A stretch of 64,000 bases of DNA from Polyangiaceae bacterium (GTDB taxonomy: Bacteria; Myxococcota_A; Polyangia; Polyangiales; Polyangiaceae). This document shows positions 7,848 to 17,972 of the stretch, piece by piece. Position 1 is the stretch's first letter. Every line of letters begins with the position of its first letter. A program made the translations under genes and the position numbers. Location: contig JBILLK010000006.1 of NCBI GenBank assembly GCA_044376115.1, positions 192,001-256,000 of the forward strand, in the 5' to 3' direction. Under the pieces are notes generated by a model. That model was not told the DNA's origin, made no database searches, and saw only the letters and a program-made list of their open reading frames with translations.

Positions 7848-10646
7848 ATGAAACGAACGTTTGGGTTGGCTTTCGCGGCCGCAGTCTTGGGCTCCCTCGC
7901 GCTCCCGGCATGGGCCGAGGACGCCAGCACCGCCGAGGCTCGCGGCCTGGTTGAGCGGGCTGAATACAGTGAAGCGCTCAAGCTGATTGAGCGCATCAGT
8001 GATCCCGAAGATGCAGCGCTGTTGCGCGCGGAGGTGCTATTTCGCACCGGCAAGCTAGCGGAAGCGGAGAAGCAGGCGGCAAAGGCCGAGAAGGATGAAA
8101 AGCGCAAACTCGAGGCGGTCACCTTGCGTGGCGAGATCCAGGCGGCGCAGGGCAAGCTGAGCGAAGCCGAACAAACCTTCCGTTCGATCGAGGCTGAGCC
8201 GCTTTCGCGGCGTGCCCGGCTGCGGCTGGGCGAGCTACTGATTCAGACCGGCCGACGCAAAGACGCGCGCAAGGTGTTGCTCACGCTGATCGCCGACTAC
8301 AACTCCGACGCCATCTCCGCGTCCGACGCCCTGGGGCTCAGCTATGTCGGCCGCGCTCTGCACCTCTTGCGCAACGCCCGCGAGGCCAACCAAGCGTTCT
8401 CGGAGGCCGAGAAGGCCGCAGGTAAGAAGCCGCCGCTCGAACTCTTGTTGTGGACGGCGGAGCTCTTTCTCGACAAGTACAACGAGAAAGATGGGGGGCG
8501 AGCCGTGCAAACCGCACTCGAGCTTGCGCCTTCTGACCCTCGCGTGCTCTCGCTCAGCGCGCGGCTGCTCAGTGAGCACGACTTTGGCGCGGCCGCGAAG
8601 GAGGTCGCCAAAGCGCTCGAGGTCAACCCCAGTTTGCCCTCGGCGCACTATCTGGCCGCGGGCCTCGCGCTGCGAGACCTCGATATCGAGGCCGCCGACA
8701 AGGCGCTCCAGCGCGGTTTAGCCGCCAATCCCAACGACCTCGAGTTGCTGAGCATGCAGGCTGCGACTCGTTTTCTCGCCGACGACAAAGAAGGCTTTGC
8801 GCGCCTCGAGACCGCCGTCTTGAAGCTGAACCCCGAGTACTCGCAGTTCTACCGCATCGTCGGGGAGTACGCCGAGTGGGAGCATCGCTACGACGACATC
8901 GTCGCGTTCATGGAGAAGGCCCTCACCGTAGATCCAGCCGACGGTCAAGCGTTGGCGCAGCTCGGCCTGAACCTGATCCGCGGCGGACGCGAGCCGGAAG
9001 GAGTTGCCGCGCTCGATAAGGCCTTCGCCAAAGATCCTTTCAACGTGCGCGCCTTCAACACGCTGAACCTCTACGAGAAGACCATTCCGGTCGAGTACGA
9101 AACCGTCGACGGCCCGACCTTTCGCATCCGTTACGCCAAGAACGAGCGGGCGATCCTCGAGCGCTACGTGCCGCAGTTCCTCGATGAGGCGTGGGGCAGC
9201 ATGGTCAAGCGCTACAAATTTACGCCGACGATGCCCATCTCGGTCGAGTTCTACGCGAACGAGGAGCACTTCAGTGTGCGTACGAGCGGCTTGCCCAACG
9301 TCGGCATTCAGGGCGTTTGCTTCGGAAAGTCGCTAGCGTTGATGAGCCCAGCCGCAGCTCCGTTCAACTGGGGCAACATCCTTTGGCATGAGCTCGGGCA
9401 CGTGTTCGCGATCCAACAGTCGAAGGCGCATGTCCCGCGCTGGTTCACCGAGGGGCTCTCCGAGTACGAGACCATCGCTCGTCGCAAGGAGTGGCAGCGG
9501 GAGGAGGACCGCGCGCTGTTCAAGGGCCTCGAGGAGAAGCGCGTTCCTTCGGTGACGGGGTTCAATCGCGCGTTCACGCACGTCGACTCAGCCGATGAAG
9601 TGGTGATGGCGTACTACGCCGCGAGTCAGATCGTCGTGTTCATGGTCGAGCGGTTCGGTTGGGAGAAGACGGTCTCCACGCTCGAGCTGTGGGGGAAAGG
9701 CCAGCGGACGCCGGAGGTGATCCGCGCGGCGCTCGGCGTCGAGGCGAGCAAGCTCGATGAGGAGTATCGCTCCTGGCTCGACAAGCGTTACGACCGTTAC
9801 AAGACGCAGTTTACGCCCAACCCTGATTCCCCTTCGGTGCAGAAGGCGGAGGAGGCCCTGCGGGCCGATCCAAAGAACGTACGTAAGCTGGTCGAGTTGG
9901 CGCTAGCGAAGGCCAAGTCGGGCAAGGACGACGAAGCTCGCAAGCTGTTCGAGGAGGCGCTCACGGTCGATCCCAAGAACGGCGATGCGCTCTACTTCCT
10001 TGCCGATATCTCGCTCGATCAGGAGGGGGTTCCGGAGGCCGAGCGAGCGAAGAAGGCGCTCGGTTACCTGGACCAACTGCTGGCTGCGGGGGTGAACGGC
10101 TACGCGGTGCAGATGAAGCGGGCGCGAATTCTCGATGTGGCCGGGGACGGCGGCGGTGCGCGTCTCGCGCTCGAGGAGGCCAGCAAGCTCGATCCGGTGC
10201 AATCGGAGCCGCACATGGAGCGCGCCAAGATGGAAGCCAAAGCCAAAGACGCCAAGGCCGAGCTCGTGGCGCTCAAGAGCTATACCCAGCTCGAACAACA
10301 CGACCGCTCCGGTTATCTGCGGCTACTCGAGCTCCTAGTCGAACGCCAACGTTGGGAAGAAGCGCGCGAAGTAGCCGAGAGCGCGCTCTTCGTCGACATC
10401 GCCAACCCCGAGCTGCACCGGCTCTACGCGCGCACGTTGGCGAACCTCGGTAAGCGTGTGCAGGCCGTCTACGAATACAACAGCGCGCTGATCGCCGGCG
10501 CGCCGCCGGAGATGGCGGTTGGCATCTATTCGGAGCTGGCCAAAGGCTACGAACAGCTCAAACAGCCCGAGTTCGCCAAGAAGGCGCTCGAGTACCGCGA
10601 GCGCGTGCAGAAGCGCGTGAAGACCGAGCTCGCCAGCGTCGATTGA
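7848..10646 (+). CDS. Secreted TPR-repeat protein with central peptidase MA-like (gluzincin) domain
   Basis: Signal peptide ending AWA, many TPRs, LWHELGH and downstream PRWFTEGLSEY. Confidence 0.8.
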   Translation: MKRTFGLAFAAAVLGSLALPAWAEDASTAEARGLVERAEYSEALKLIERISDPEDAALLRAEVLFRTGKLAEAEKQAAKAEKDEKRKLEAVTLRGEIQAAQGKLSEAEQTFRSIEAEPLSRRARLRLGELLIQTGRRKDARKVLLTLIADYNSDAISASDALGLSYVGRALHLLRNAREANQAFSEAEKAAGKKPPLELLLWTAELFLDKYNEKDGGRAVQTALELAPSDPRVLSLSARLLSEHDFGAAAKEVAKALEVNPSLPSAHYLAAGLALRDLDIEAADKALQRGLAANPNDLELLSMQAATRFLADDKEGFARLETAVLKLNPEYSQFYRIVGEYAEWEHRYDDIVAFMEKALTVDPADGQALAQLGLNLIRGGREPEGVAALDKAFAKDPFNVRAFNTLNLYEKTIPVEYETVDGPTFRIRYAKNERAILERYVPQFLDEAWGSMVKRYKFTPTMPISVEFYANEEHFSVRTSGLPNVGIQGVCFGKSLALMSPAAAPFNWGNILWHELGHVFAIQQSKAHVPRWFTEGLSEYETIARRKEWQREEDRALFKGLEEKRVPSVTGFNRAFTHVDSADEVVMAYYAASQIVVFMVERFGWEKTVSTLELWGKGQRTPEVIRAALGVEASKLDEEYRSWLDKRYDRYKTQFTPNPDSPSVQKAEEALRADPKNVRKLVELALAKAKSGKDDEARKLFEEALTVDPKNGDALYFLADISLDQEGVPEAERAKKALGYLDQLLAAGVNGYAVQMKRARILDVAGDGGGARLALEEASKLDPVQSEPHMERAKMEAKAKDAKAELVALKSYTQLEQHDRSGYLRLLELLVERQRWEEAREVAESALFVDIANPELHRLYARTLANLGKRVQAVYEYNSALIAGAPPEMAVGIYSELAKGYEQLKQPEFAKKALEYRERVQKRVKTELASVD

Positions 10647-10681
10647 CCCAAGGCGCGGCTCGCGCGCGCGTCGGTCGAGCC

Positions 10682-12061
10682 TCAGGCTTCTTCTTCCGGT
10701 TCGCCTTCGGCGCGGCGCAAGCCGAGCGCGCGACACTTCTTGTACAGGTGGCTGCGCTCGAGCCCGAGCGCCCGTGCGGTCGCGGCCATTTGACCGCCGT
10801 AGTGCTGCAACGCTTGCTCGAGAATGGCGCGCTCGGACTCCTCCGACAACACTCGAAAAGGAACGCCGGTGCGGAAGATCGAGCCGGTCGGTGTCGAGCT
10901 AGGGCCGAGGCACGCGCGCACGTCGGCATCTCCGATGGTGTCGTCGGGCGAGAGGATGACCAGCCGTTCGACCAGGTTCTTGAGCTCCCGAACGTTGCCT
11001 GGGTAGCTATGGGAGATCAGCGCCTGCTCTGCGTCCTTCCCGAACACCATGCTTGGGCGATCATTGGCCCTGCGTGCAAGCTCGAGAAAGTGCCGAGCGA
11101 GGGTGGGGATATCCTCTCGGCGATTGCGCAGCGGCGGGATGAATAGCGGGAGCACGTTCAAGCGGTCGTAGAGATCGGGCCGGAACTTCTCCTCTTGCGA
11201 CATGGTCGCCAAGTCGCGGTTGGTTGCGGCGACCACGCGCACGTCGACCTTGAGGACCTCATTGCCGCCGACTCGTTCGATCTCTCGCTCCTGCAGCACG
11301 CGCAGCAGCTTGGCTTGCATCGCGAGCGGCATATCCCCGATCTCATCGAGGAACAGCGTTCCCCCGCTGGCGCGTTCGAACTTGCCGCGGCGCTGCTTGG
11401 TAGCGCCGGTAAAGGCGCCCGCCTCATGTCCGAACAGCTCACTCTCGAACAGCTCGCTCGGGATGGCGGCGCAGTTCATCTTCTCGAGTGGGCCCTTGGC
11501 GCGCTTGCTGCTCGCGTGAATTGCGCGCGCGACGACCTCTTTGCCGGTGCCACGTTCGCCGATCAGCAGCACGTTCGCTGCCGCTTTTGCGGCGCGCTCG
11601 ATCTGCATACGCAGCTGCTCCATGGCGCGACTCTCGCCGACGAGCTCGCCGAGGCCAGCTTGGCTGCGCAAGAGCGTGGCTTCGGCCTCGACGCGGGCCA
11701 AGCGCAGCGCGTTCTCGAGCACCAAGAGAAGCCGATCGGTGGACACGGGTTTCTCCAAGAAGTCGAAAGCCCCGAGTCGCGTCGCTCGGACGGCTGCGTC
11801 GACCGTCGCATGACCGCTCATCATGATCACGGGGAAGTCGTTGCCGGCTTTGCGCAGCCGCTCGAGCAGACTGACCCCGTCACCGTCCGGCAAGGCGACG
11901 TCGAGTAAGGCGATGTCGTAGCTTTGCCGCGCGACTTTCTCCTCGGCCACGCGGCAACCACCTGCAACGTCAACTGCAAATCCTTCGAGCGAAAGGGCTT
12001 TTTGCAAAGTCGTGAGGATCGCTCGTTCGTCGTCCACCACGAGAACATGGCCACGGGGCAT
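10682..12061 (-). CDS. Sigma54-dependent response regulator (NtrC/NtrX family)
   Basis: Receiver domain, Walker A GERGTGKE, ESELFGHEAGAFTGA, FLDEIGD, YPGNVREL, Fis HTH. Confidence 0.95.
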   Translation of the reverse strand: MPRGHVLVVDDERAILTTLQKALSLEGFAVDVAGGCRVAEEKVARQSYDIALLDVALPDGDGVSLLERLRKAGNDFPVIMMSGHATVDAAVRATRLGAFDFLEKPVSTDRLLLVLENALRLARVEAEATLLRSQAGLGELVGESRAMEQLRMQIERAAKAAANVLLIGERGTGKEVVARAIHASSKRAKGPLEKMNCAAIPSELFESELFGHEAGAFTGATKQRRGKFERASGGTLFLDEIGDMPLAMQAKLLRVLQEREIERVGGNEVLKVDVRVVAATNRDLATMSQEEKFRPDLYDRLNVLPLFIPPLRNRREDIPTLARHFLELARRANDRPSMVFGKDAEQALISHSYPGNVRELKNLVERLVILSPDDTIGDADVRACLGPSSTPTGSIFRTGVPFRVLSEESERAILEQALQHYGGQMAATARALGLERSHLYKKCRALGLRRAEGEPEEEA

Positions 12062-12191
12062 GCTGGCAGCGTAGCATCAAGGGTTTGAGTCGACGCAGCT
12101 CACCGTGGGGAGGTCAACGTCGGGTCAGTGACCTCGTCTATCGGACTGCGAGCCGTTCCGCTGGAAAGGACCTGTGATACCGTCTTCCGCC

Positions 12192-13793
12192 ATGATTCCC
12201 GAAGGCCCTCCGAGCGCGGAGGGAACGCTTGAGAAGACGCCCTTTTCGCATTTGTTGGTCTACGCGCTGGACCGACAACTGACGGGGGAGCTGTTTCTTC
12301 AAGAAGCGAGCGGGACCGTCCATGCGTTGCGGTTGGATCTGGGCGCGCCCATCAAGGCTCGGGTTTCGGACAGCTTTCTGCGTCTCGGTGATCTCGTGGT
12401 GTTGGCGGAGCTGTGCCCGCGCGAGACGGTGGAAGGCGCGGCGCTCACCGGCGGGCTGCTCGGCGATGTGCTCGTGCTTGGTGGCTGTGCCGACACCGAC
12501 GCCATCGATTTGCTGCTCGAAGAGCAGTTTCACGGTCGGATCCAGCGCTGTTTCGAGCTCGGTCCGGATACGACCTTCCGTTACTTCGACAAGTCGCAGA
12601 CGTTGGCGGAGTGGGGGGGCGAACCGAGTCGCGAGGACCCAATCGCTTTGGTTTGGCGCGGCTTGAAGGAACACGCGCACAAGTCGAGTTCGTACGAGAC
12701 CACCCTGGCCCGGCTGGCCGGTCGGCCGCTGCAGATGCATGCTCGCGCTCCCGTGTCTCGGCTCCGCTTGGAGCCCAATGAGGCGGCCCTCGTGGACCGT
12801 CTGGGGGAGCCCACGACCCTGGCGGACCTGTTGGCGATCGAGGGCGTTGATGCAGAGGTTTGCCGCCGGCTCGTGTACGCGTTGGTGATTTTATGCCAAC
12901 TCGATTTGGGCGGGGCAACCGCGCCGGTTGGTGTGCGTGACCAACGTCCTGCGAGCTTGGCTAAAGTGCAGCTCCGCTCGACCAGCCACCGCGTGGGCGC
13001 TGCCGTTGACGCTTGGCCGGCCGCCTCGACGCGAAGCATCACCGTCAGCGGACGCAAGGTGATTCCGCGTGATGACACGCCCGCCTCCGAGCCGCCGCCT
13101 TCGGAGCTGCCGATTTCGGAGGTCTCTCCGCCAACGCCGCTCGAATCACAGGCCTTCGACCCAAGCGACGTTGGGGTGATCGAGACCGGCGAGGTTGAAC
13201 TCGATCCGGAGCTGCTCGAGGAAGAGGTCAGTGAGGCGGCTCCCGTAGAGCAAGCCGCAGCCGCAAGTCCCGCGGAGCCCGCGCCGAAGCCAGAGGACGA
13301 GGCGGAGGAGACTTCGTCACGCCGGATCGTGCCAGAGACTTTGCGGGCGATGACCGTTGCCGGTCTCAAGTCGTTAGCCGAGGAAAAGCTGAAGTCCCGT
13401 GAGGCCGCCCTCGCCGTGCAAGCGTGTGAGGCCGCGCAAGCGAAGTTGCAGCTCGAGGGAGACGCGAGTTCCCAGCTCTATCACGAGGTCAAGGCGCTGC
13501 TGGCTCGTGGGCTTGCGCTCGAGCCGCACTCGGATCTGAAGTCGCTGTCGATCGAACTCGATGAGTTGATCCGGGCGCGCGACGATCTGGCAATAACCCG
13601 CTGTGTTCGCGGCAGTTTGCGGCGCCGCCTCGGTGACTCGAACGGAGCCAGCAGTGACTATCGGCGGGTGCTCGAGCTGCCGGATGCCAGCGGAGAGCTT
13701 CACACCGAGGCGAAGCGCGAGCTCGAGGAGCTGTCTCCCAAGCTGACCGGGCGGGGCCAGACAGGGTTCCTCAAGCGGCTGTTCAAGCGCTGA
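12192..13793 (+). CDS. Myxobacterial DUF4388-like protein with acidic Pro-rich linker and C-terminal TPR-like helices
   Basis: GTLEKTPFSHLLVYALDRQLTGELFL..G.P N-terminal pattern; C-terminal GFLKRLFKR. Confidence 0.55.
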   Translation: MIPEGPPSAEGTLEKTPFSHLLVYALDRQLTGELFLQEASGTVHALRLDLGAPIKARVSDSFLRLGDLVVLAELCPRETVEGAALTGGLLGDVLVLGGCADTDAIDLLLEEQFHGRIQRCFELGPDTTFRYFDKSQTLAEWGGEPSREDPIALVWRGLKEHAHKSSSYETTLARLAGRPLQMHARAPVSRLRLEPNEAALVDRLGEPTTLADLLAIEGVDAEVCRRLVYALVILCQLDLGGATAPVGVRDQRPASLAKVQLRSTSHRVGAAVDAWPAASTRSITVSGRKVIPRDDTPASEPPPSELPISEVSPPTPLESQAFDPSDVGVIETGEVELDPELLEEEVSEAAPVEQAAAASPAEPAPKPEDEAEETSSRRIVPETLRAMTVAGLKSLAEEKLKSREAALAVQACEAAQAKLQLEGDASSQLYHEVKALLARGLALEPHSDLKSLSIELDELIRARDDLAITRCVRGSLRRRLGDSNGASSDYRRVLELPDASGELHTEAKRELEELSPKLTGRGQTGFLKRLFKR

Positions 13794-13795
13794 AG

Positions 13796-15067
13796 GTGGA
13801 CGGCTCGAGCTCGCATCGGAAAAGCGAAGCGGCTCCGCCACCGAAGCTTCCGAATCGGTTGCAGCTACCGAGCGGTACGTTCGCCCGACTCTCGGATGCG
13901 GCCGCCCGCTCGGCCGCTCGCGGTGGAGCAGGGGACCTCTATTCGCGCGCTCTTTCGGTGCTCGGTGCTCCCGGCGTGCTGCAGCTCTCGGAGCTTGCGC
14001 TCGAGCAGCTGACGCTCGCCGACTTCCACACGTTGATCGCCTGCTTGTTGCGAGCAGGCGTGCTCGAGGAAGCGCCCCGTCCGCGAACGTGCGACAACTG
14101 CCAGCTCACCAGCGGTGTGGACGCCGCGAGCTCATTCGAGTGGGCGCCCTTCGTCGATGGCGAACTTGAAGACCCCGAGCTCGACCGGGCCTTTGATTGG
14201 CAGCGGAAGCTCGTATTGGGTGCGCGTAACCGCGCCTGCGCGATCGGCCTTCGCCCCCGAACCGTTGCGGACGTCGTGCCGCTGCTGTCGGCAGGCGCGG
14301 CCGACGGGCGCTTTCGTGTTCGCCCGCCAACTCCCTTTGTGCTTTCGGTCCTGGGCTTCGTCTCGACGGACCCCAAGCGGATGAATGCAGCCTTTCGACG
14401 AATGGGTTCGCGTCGGCTCGGCCGTCTCTCCGACCGTTGGCTCGAGGCCCACTTTCCGCCGCGACTCTTCGCCTCGCACCTGTGCTCGTGCGGAGCCACG
14501 AACCTCGTGAGGGTTCCGCAGGCCTCGCTCTTGGACGTCCTTGGAGACGAACTCGAGCTTGTCCCGGCTCCGCCAGCAGATTTTCCAACGCTCGCCGCGT
14601 TCGAGACGCTGGTGCGTGCGGCTAAGCGCACTGTCTACGCGAGGCACGCGATCGGCGCCTTGCGCCTGGTGGTGGATGACGATGTCCCGGCGGTTGATGA
14701 AGGCGGAAACCCGCTCTTGGGCTCCTACTCGCCGCACGGGGATCCGCGCTCCGAACCGGCCGAAATCCGCCTCTACTACCGAACCTTCCAGGTCGAAGCC
14801 GGCCTCGATCCGCGCTTCCCGCTCGAGGCGGAGATCTTCGAGACGATCGAACACGAGGTGCTTCATCACCTCAGCTTCTTGCGAGGGGAGGATCCGGTGG
14901 ATGAAGAGGAGCGACTCGTCATCGCCAAAGACCGGGAGCGTCGGATAGGCCGAAAGGAGCTGTTGCGAAGGGAGCGCTCCAGCAGCCAAGCTCTGCTCGC
15001 GCTCGCCCCCATCCTGCTCGTGATCTTGTTGGCGGCGTTGCTCGAACACTACGCGCGCGGACGCTGA
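13796..15067 (+). CDS. Hypothetical protein: Cys-motif N-domain, zincin-like (HExxH) domain, C-terminal TM anchor
   Basis: CDNC and CSCG; LLGSY...IRLYYRTF...ETIEHEVLHHL; hydrophobic C-terminus. Confidence 0.65.
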   Translation: MDGSSSHRKSEAAPPPKLPNRLQLPSGTFARLSDAAARSAARGGAGDLYSRALSVLGAPGVLQLSELALEQLTLADFHTLIACLLRAGVLEEAPRPRTCDNCQLTSGVDAASSFEWAPFVDGELEDPELDRAFDWQRKLVLGARNRACAIGLRPRTVADVVPLLSAGAADGRFRVRPPTPFVLSVLGFVSTDPKRMNAAFRRMGSRRLGRLSDRWLEAHFPPRLFASHLCSCGATNLVRVPQASLLDVLGDELELVPAPPADFPTLAAFETLVRAAKRTVYARHAIGALRLVVDDDVPAVDEGGNPLLGSYSPHGDPRSEPAEIRLYYRTFQVEAGLDPRFPLEAEIFETIEHEVLHHLSFLRGEDPVDEEERLVIAKDRERRIGRKELLRRERSSSQALLALAPILLVILLAALLEHYARGR

Positions 15068-15140
15068 ACGCGCATCGCCAGAGCGGTCATTCTGTGCCCG
15101 TTTGTGGGCCAGCGTAGGCGCCCTTCGCTAAACTTCGGAA

Positions 15141-15671
15141 ATGGCTCCGAATCGTCGTTCAAGCCCCGACGTCGTGCAGAAACGCAGAGTGGCTCGCCAG
15201 TTCAACGACCTGTTGCGTGGTGGAGGCTCGACGGCTTCTGCGTTGGACGGCCGGACCGAGAAGCGACGGCAACGCATTGTCGACGAGTTGCGCGAGGGCG
15301 AAGCACGGGCCACCGGCGCCAGTCTCAAGCCGATCGACGTCCTCACCCGCGTCGCAACGCTGCTCGAGTTGGGGATGACGGCGGCGGCGATCCGCAAGGT
15401 GTGCAAAGTGCCGCGCAAAGTGCAGGTCACCGACGAGGTCGTCGCAGGTATCAAGGCGTTGCATCTGGCCTATGGCTTCCCGATGGAGGCCTACGCCTTC
15501 GTCGGCTTGGACGACGACACCTTGCGCAGGGCCGGCGTTCTGGGGGCGAACAAAGCTCGATTTGTGAAGGCGTCCAACGATGATTCCCCTCCTCCCTCCC
15601 AGCCGAAAGGCTCGGTTCAGAAGGCAAAGCGTCCTCGTCGCCGGCCGGGGGCAAGTCGCAGCGCCGCCTGA
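15141..15671 (+). CDS. Hypothetical basic protein
   Basis: Natural-looking ORF filling the gap; TAAACT-N6-ATG upstream. Confidence 0.7.
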   Translation: MAPNRRSSPDVVQKRRVARQFNDLLRGGGSTASALDGRTEKRRQRIVDELREGEARATGASLKPIDVLTRVATLLELGMTAAAIRKVCKVPRKVQVTDEVVAGIKALHLAYGFPMEAYAFVGLDDDTLRRAGVLGANKARFVKASNDDSPPPSQPKGSVQKAKRPRRRPGASRSAA

Positions 15672-15679
15672 AGCTTGAG

Positions 15680-16816
15680 GTGGCCTGGCTTGACCACGGC
15701 GGCGCGCTCTGCAAAAACGCAGCGGTGCCGTACCCTCGACGTCTGCGTGGCCTCCTGAGGCGAGCTTCGCTGCTGACTCTGCCGTTCGCTTTTGCGTTGC
15801 TTGTACAGGCTGCCGCCAACGGCCAAACCCCCGCGAACGCTCCTGTTGGCTCCGCTGCGAGTCCGGCTAGTCCCGCGACGGACGTCAGTTCGGACCCGGC
15901 GCTGAAAGAGGTCGTCGTGCGCGTGGGCTCGAGCAGCATGACGCGCGGTGAGGTTGAGAAGCGGCTGCGAGAGGCTCCTCAAGCTGCGCTGGCGATGTTG
16001 GGCTCCACGCCGGAAGAGGTACGAAAGAACTTCGTTGAGCGCTTCCTCGTGCGTGAACTGCTGCTCGCTGAAGAGGCGAAGGCGAGGGGCCTCGAGCAGA
16101 ACCCCGCAGTGAGAGAGCATACGCTCGGAATCTTGCGTCTCGCGCTGGTGAATGAAGTGCGTCGCGATACCAAGTCCGACTCGATCACGAATGATGACGT
16201 AAAGACCTTCTACGCGGCCAACCCAGACAAATTCGTGTTGCCCAAACGCTTGGCGCTCCACCAAATCGTCGTCCAATCGGAGTCGGAAGCGCGTGCGCTC
16301 ATCGCCGAGCTTGGGCAAGAGCCAGACCCGAAGGTCTGGGCCGAACTCGCGCGCGAGAAGTCGATCGACAAGGACACGAGTATGCGCGCCGGCACGCTAG
16401 GCCTCGTCACCGAAGAGGGGAAAACGCAGGACGAGGAGCGCAAGGTCGATCCGGCGTTGTTCAAGGCCGCTGACAAGCTCAAAGACGGTCAGCTACTGCA
16501 AGAGCCACTGAAAGTGGGCGCCAACTTCGCCCTAGTTTGGAAGCGCCAAACGCTGCCGCCGACCACTCGCTCCATGGCGGCTGAAACGCCGGCCATCCGC
16601 GCGGCGATCGCGGATCAGCGTGTTCGCGAGGGGATGACTGAGCTGCTCGAGCGGCTGCGCGCTTCGCACGTTTCGGAGAAGTACCCAGAGCTTTGCGGTT
16701 TGCTCGGCATCGCTCAAGACGGTGCGGTGGAGCCGGCCAAACGCCCCGGCACCTTCCCACGCGCCAAGCGAACCGCCGAGGTGCGCACGCAAGAAGGCCC
16801 GTCCGGGCTGCGCTGA
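15680..16816 (+). CDS. Parvulin-type peptidyl-prolyl isomerase (PrsA/SurA-like foldase); start uncertain
   Basis: Signal peptide, SurA-like helical N-domain, LHQIVV, AELAREKSID...AGTLG. Confidence 0.85.
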   Translation: MAWLDHGGALCKNAAVPYPRRLRGLLRRASLLTLPFAFALLVQAAANGQTPANAPVGSAASPASPATDVSSDPALKEVVVRVGSSSMTRGEVEKRLREAPQAALAMLGSTPEEVRKNFVERFLVRELLLAEEAKARGLEQNPAVREHTLGILRLALVNEVRRDTKSDSITNDDVKTFYAANPDKFVLPKRLALHQIVVQSESEARALIAELGQEPDPKVWAELAREKSIDKDTSMRAGTLGLVTEEGKTQDEERKVDPALFKAADKLKDGQLLQEPLKVGANFALVWKRQTLPPTTRSMAAETPAIRAAIADQRVREGMTELLERLRASHVSEKYPELCGLLGIAQDGAVEPAKRPGTFPRAKRTAEVRTQEGPSGLR

Positions 16817-16835
16817 ACCGTCCGGGCTGCGTTGA
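16799..16835 (+). repeat. 18-bp near-perfect direct repeat duplicating the PPIase stop region
   Basis: CCGTCCGGGCTGCGCTGA-A-CCGTCCGGGCTGCGTTGA. Confidence 0.7.
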
Positions 16836-16872
16836 GGACGTCCAAGTCCCGCGCTGAGTCAGCGCAGCGGCG

Positions 16873-17562
16873 CTACTTCTTCTTTTTGCGCGGAGCGCTC
16901 GGCTTCGTGGCTTTGCCTGCTTTAGCCCGGCTTTCGCCGGGCTGAACGTTAGTCGCCCTGGCGGCCGTCGTCGCTGTCGCGTCCACCCGCTTTCCGCCGA
17001 AGCCGGTGACCGCGACCAAGGTCGCAAAGGAGAGCGCCACGTTCGCGTAAAGCCCCAGCCCCCATTCGACGATATGGGGATCGATCGCGGTGCCCTTCGG
17101 CGGAAAGAAGATTCGGGTCAGCCCGGCGATTGCGCTCATCGCGGCGAGGAACGCGATGGCAACGCGCGCGCCGCGCATCTTCGACATTGTGCGGCGCGAG
17201 GCGATCAGCGGCACCATTACGAACCACGCGACCAACGGCGACCACATCGTTCCCAAGCGCTGCGCGAGCTGCGGTCCTGATAGCGTGAGGCGCTCGGGGG
17301 CGAGCTCGTGCGCCCAGGGCAGAAAGAACACCGCCAGCCCAGCCAAGGCGAGCGCGAAAAGAAGCCCGCGCCGGTGGCCGGTGAAGGCGAACGGCAGCGT
17401 TACGTCTTCGGGGCCAATCGGTTCGGCCAGCTCGTCCCCAACCACCGCTGCGGCCGGGAGATCCTCGAGTCGAGCCAACGGCAGCCCGCAGGTGGGGCAG
17501 GTCCGTCGTTCGCTAGGCTGGAACATCTCCCGACAGAAGGGGCATGCCATCAGGGCGCGCAT
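16873..17562 (-). CDS. Membrane protein with N-terminal zinc ribbon
   Basis: CPFC...CPTC followed by four hydrophobic segments and a basic tail. Confidence 0.7.
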   Translation of the reverse strand: MRALMACPFCREMFQPSERRTCPTCGLPLARLEDLPAAAVVGDELAEPIGPEDVTLPFAFTGHRRGLLFALALAGLAVFFLPWAHELAPERLTLSGPQLAQRLGTMWSPLVAWFVMVPLIASRRTMSKMRGARVAIAFLAAMSAIAGLTRIFFPPKGTAIDPHIVEWGLGLYANVALSFATLVAVTGFGGKRVDATATTAARATNVQPGESRAKAGKATKPSAPRKKKK

Positions 17563-17654
17563 CCAGCAAGCATGGCACAGCGCTGCGCCGATTCGCTCAC
17601 CTTCTGCGCGCTCGCGACATTGCGTGCTGAGATGACCCGGATTAGCGTCTCTCC

Positions 17655-17972
17655 ATGACTCGAACACGGCTCGAAGAAGACGCAATTCGTTCCTTTCTGG
17701 ACACTCATCCAGCTTGGCGCGTCGAGAGCGGCTCGCTCGAGCGGGACTACACCTTCGGTACCTACTCCGAGGGCATCGCCTTCGCGGTGCAGATCGGAAT
17801 GCTGGCCGAGAAGCGAGACCATCATCCCGACCTCGTGATCGGCTATCGCGTGGTCACGGTGCGCTGGGTCACCCATGATGCGGGAGGGTTGACGGATCTG
17901 GATCGGCTGTTGGCGCAGCTTTGCGATGACATCGCGGCCCTCTACGTGAGGTCGTCGAAGGCCGGCTCGTGA
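17655..17972 (+). CDS. phhB: Pterin-4-alpha-carbinolamine dehydratase
   Basis: AEKRDHHPDL, THDAGGLTDLD. Confidence 0.93.
   Translation: MTRTRLEEDAIRSFLDTHPAWRVESGSLERDYTFGTYSEGIAFAVQIGMLAEKRDHHPDLVIGYRVVTVRWVTHDAGGLTDLDRLLAQLCDDIAALYVRSSKAGS

Noticed and set aside
17573..17590. TGGCAC sigma54-like site upstream of phhB
   Set aside because: GG-to-GC spacing is off by one, and a TTGCGT-N17-TAGCGT promoter explains the region better.
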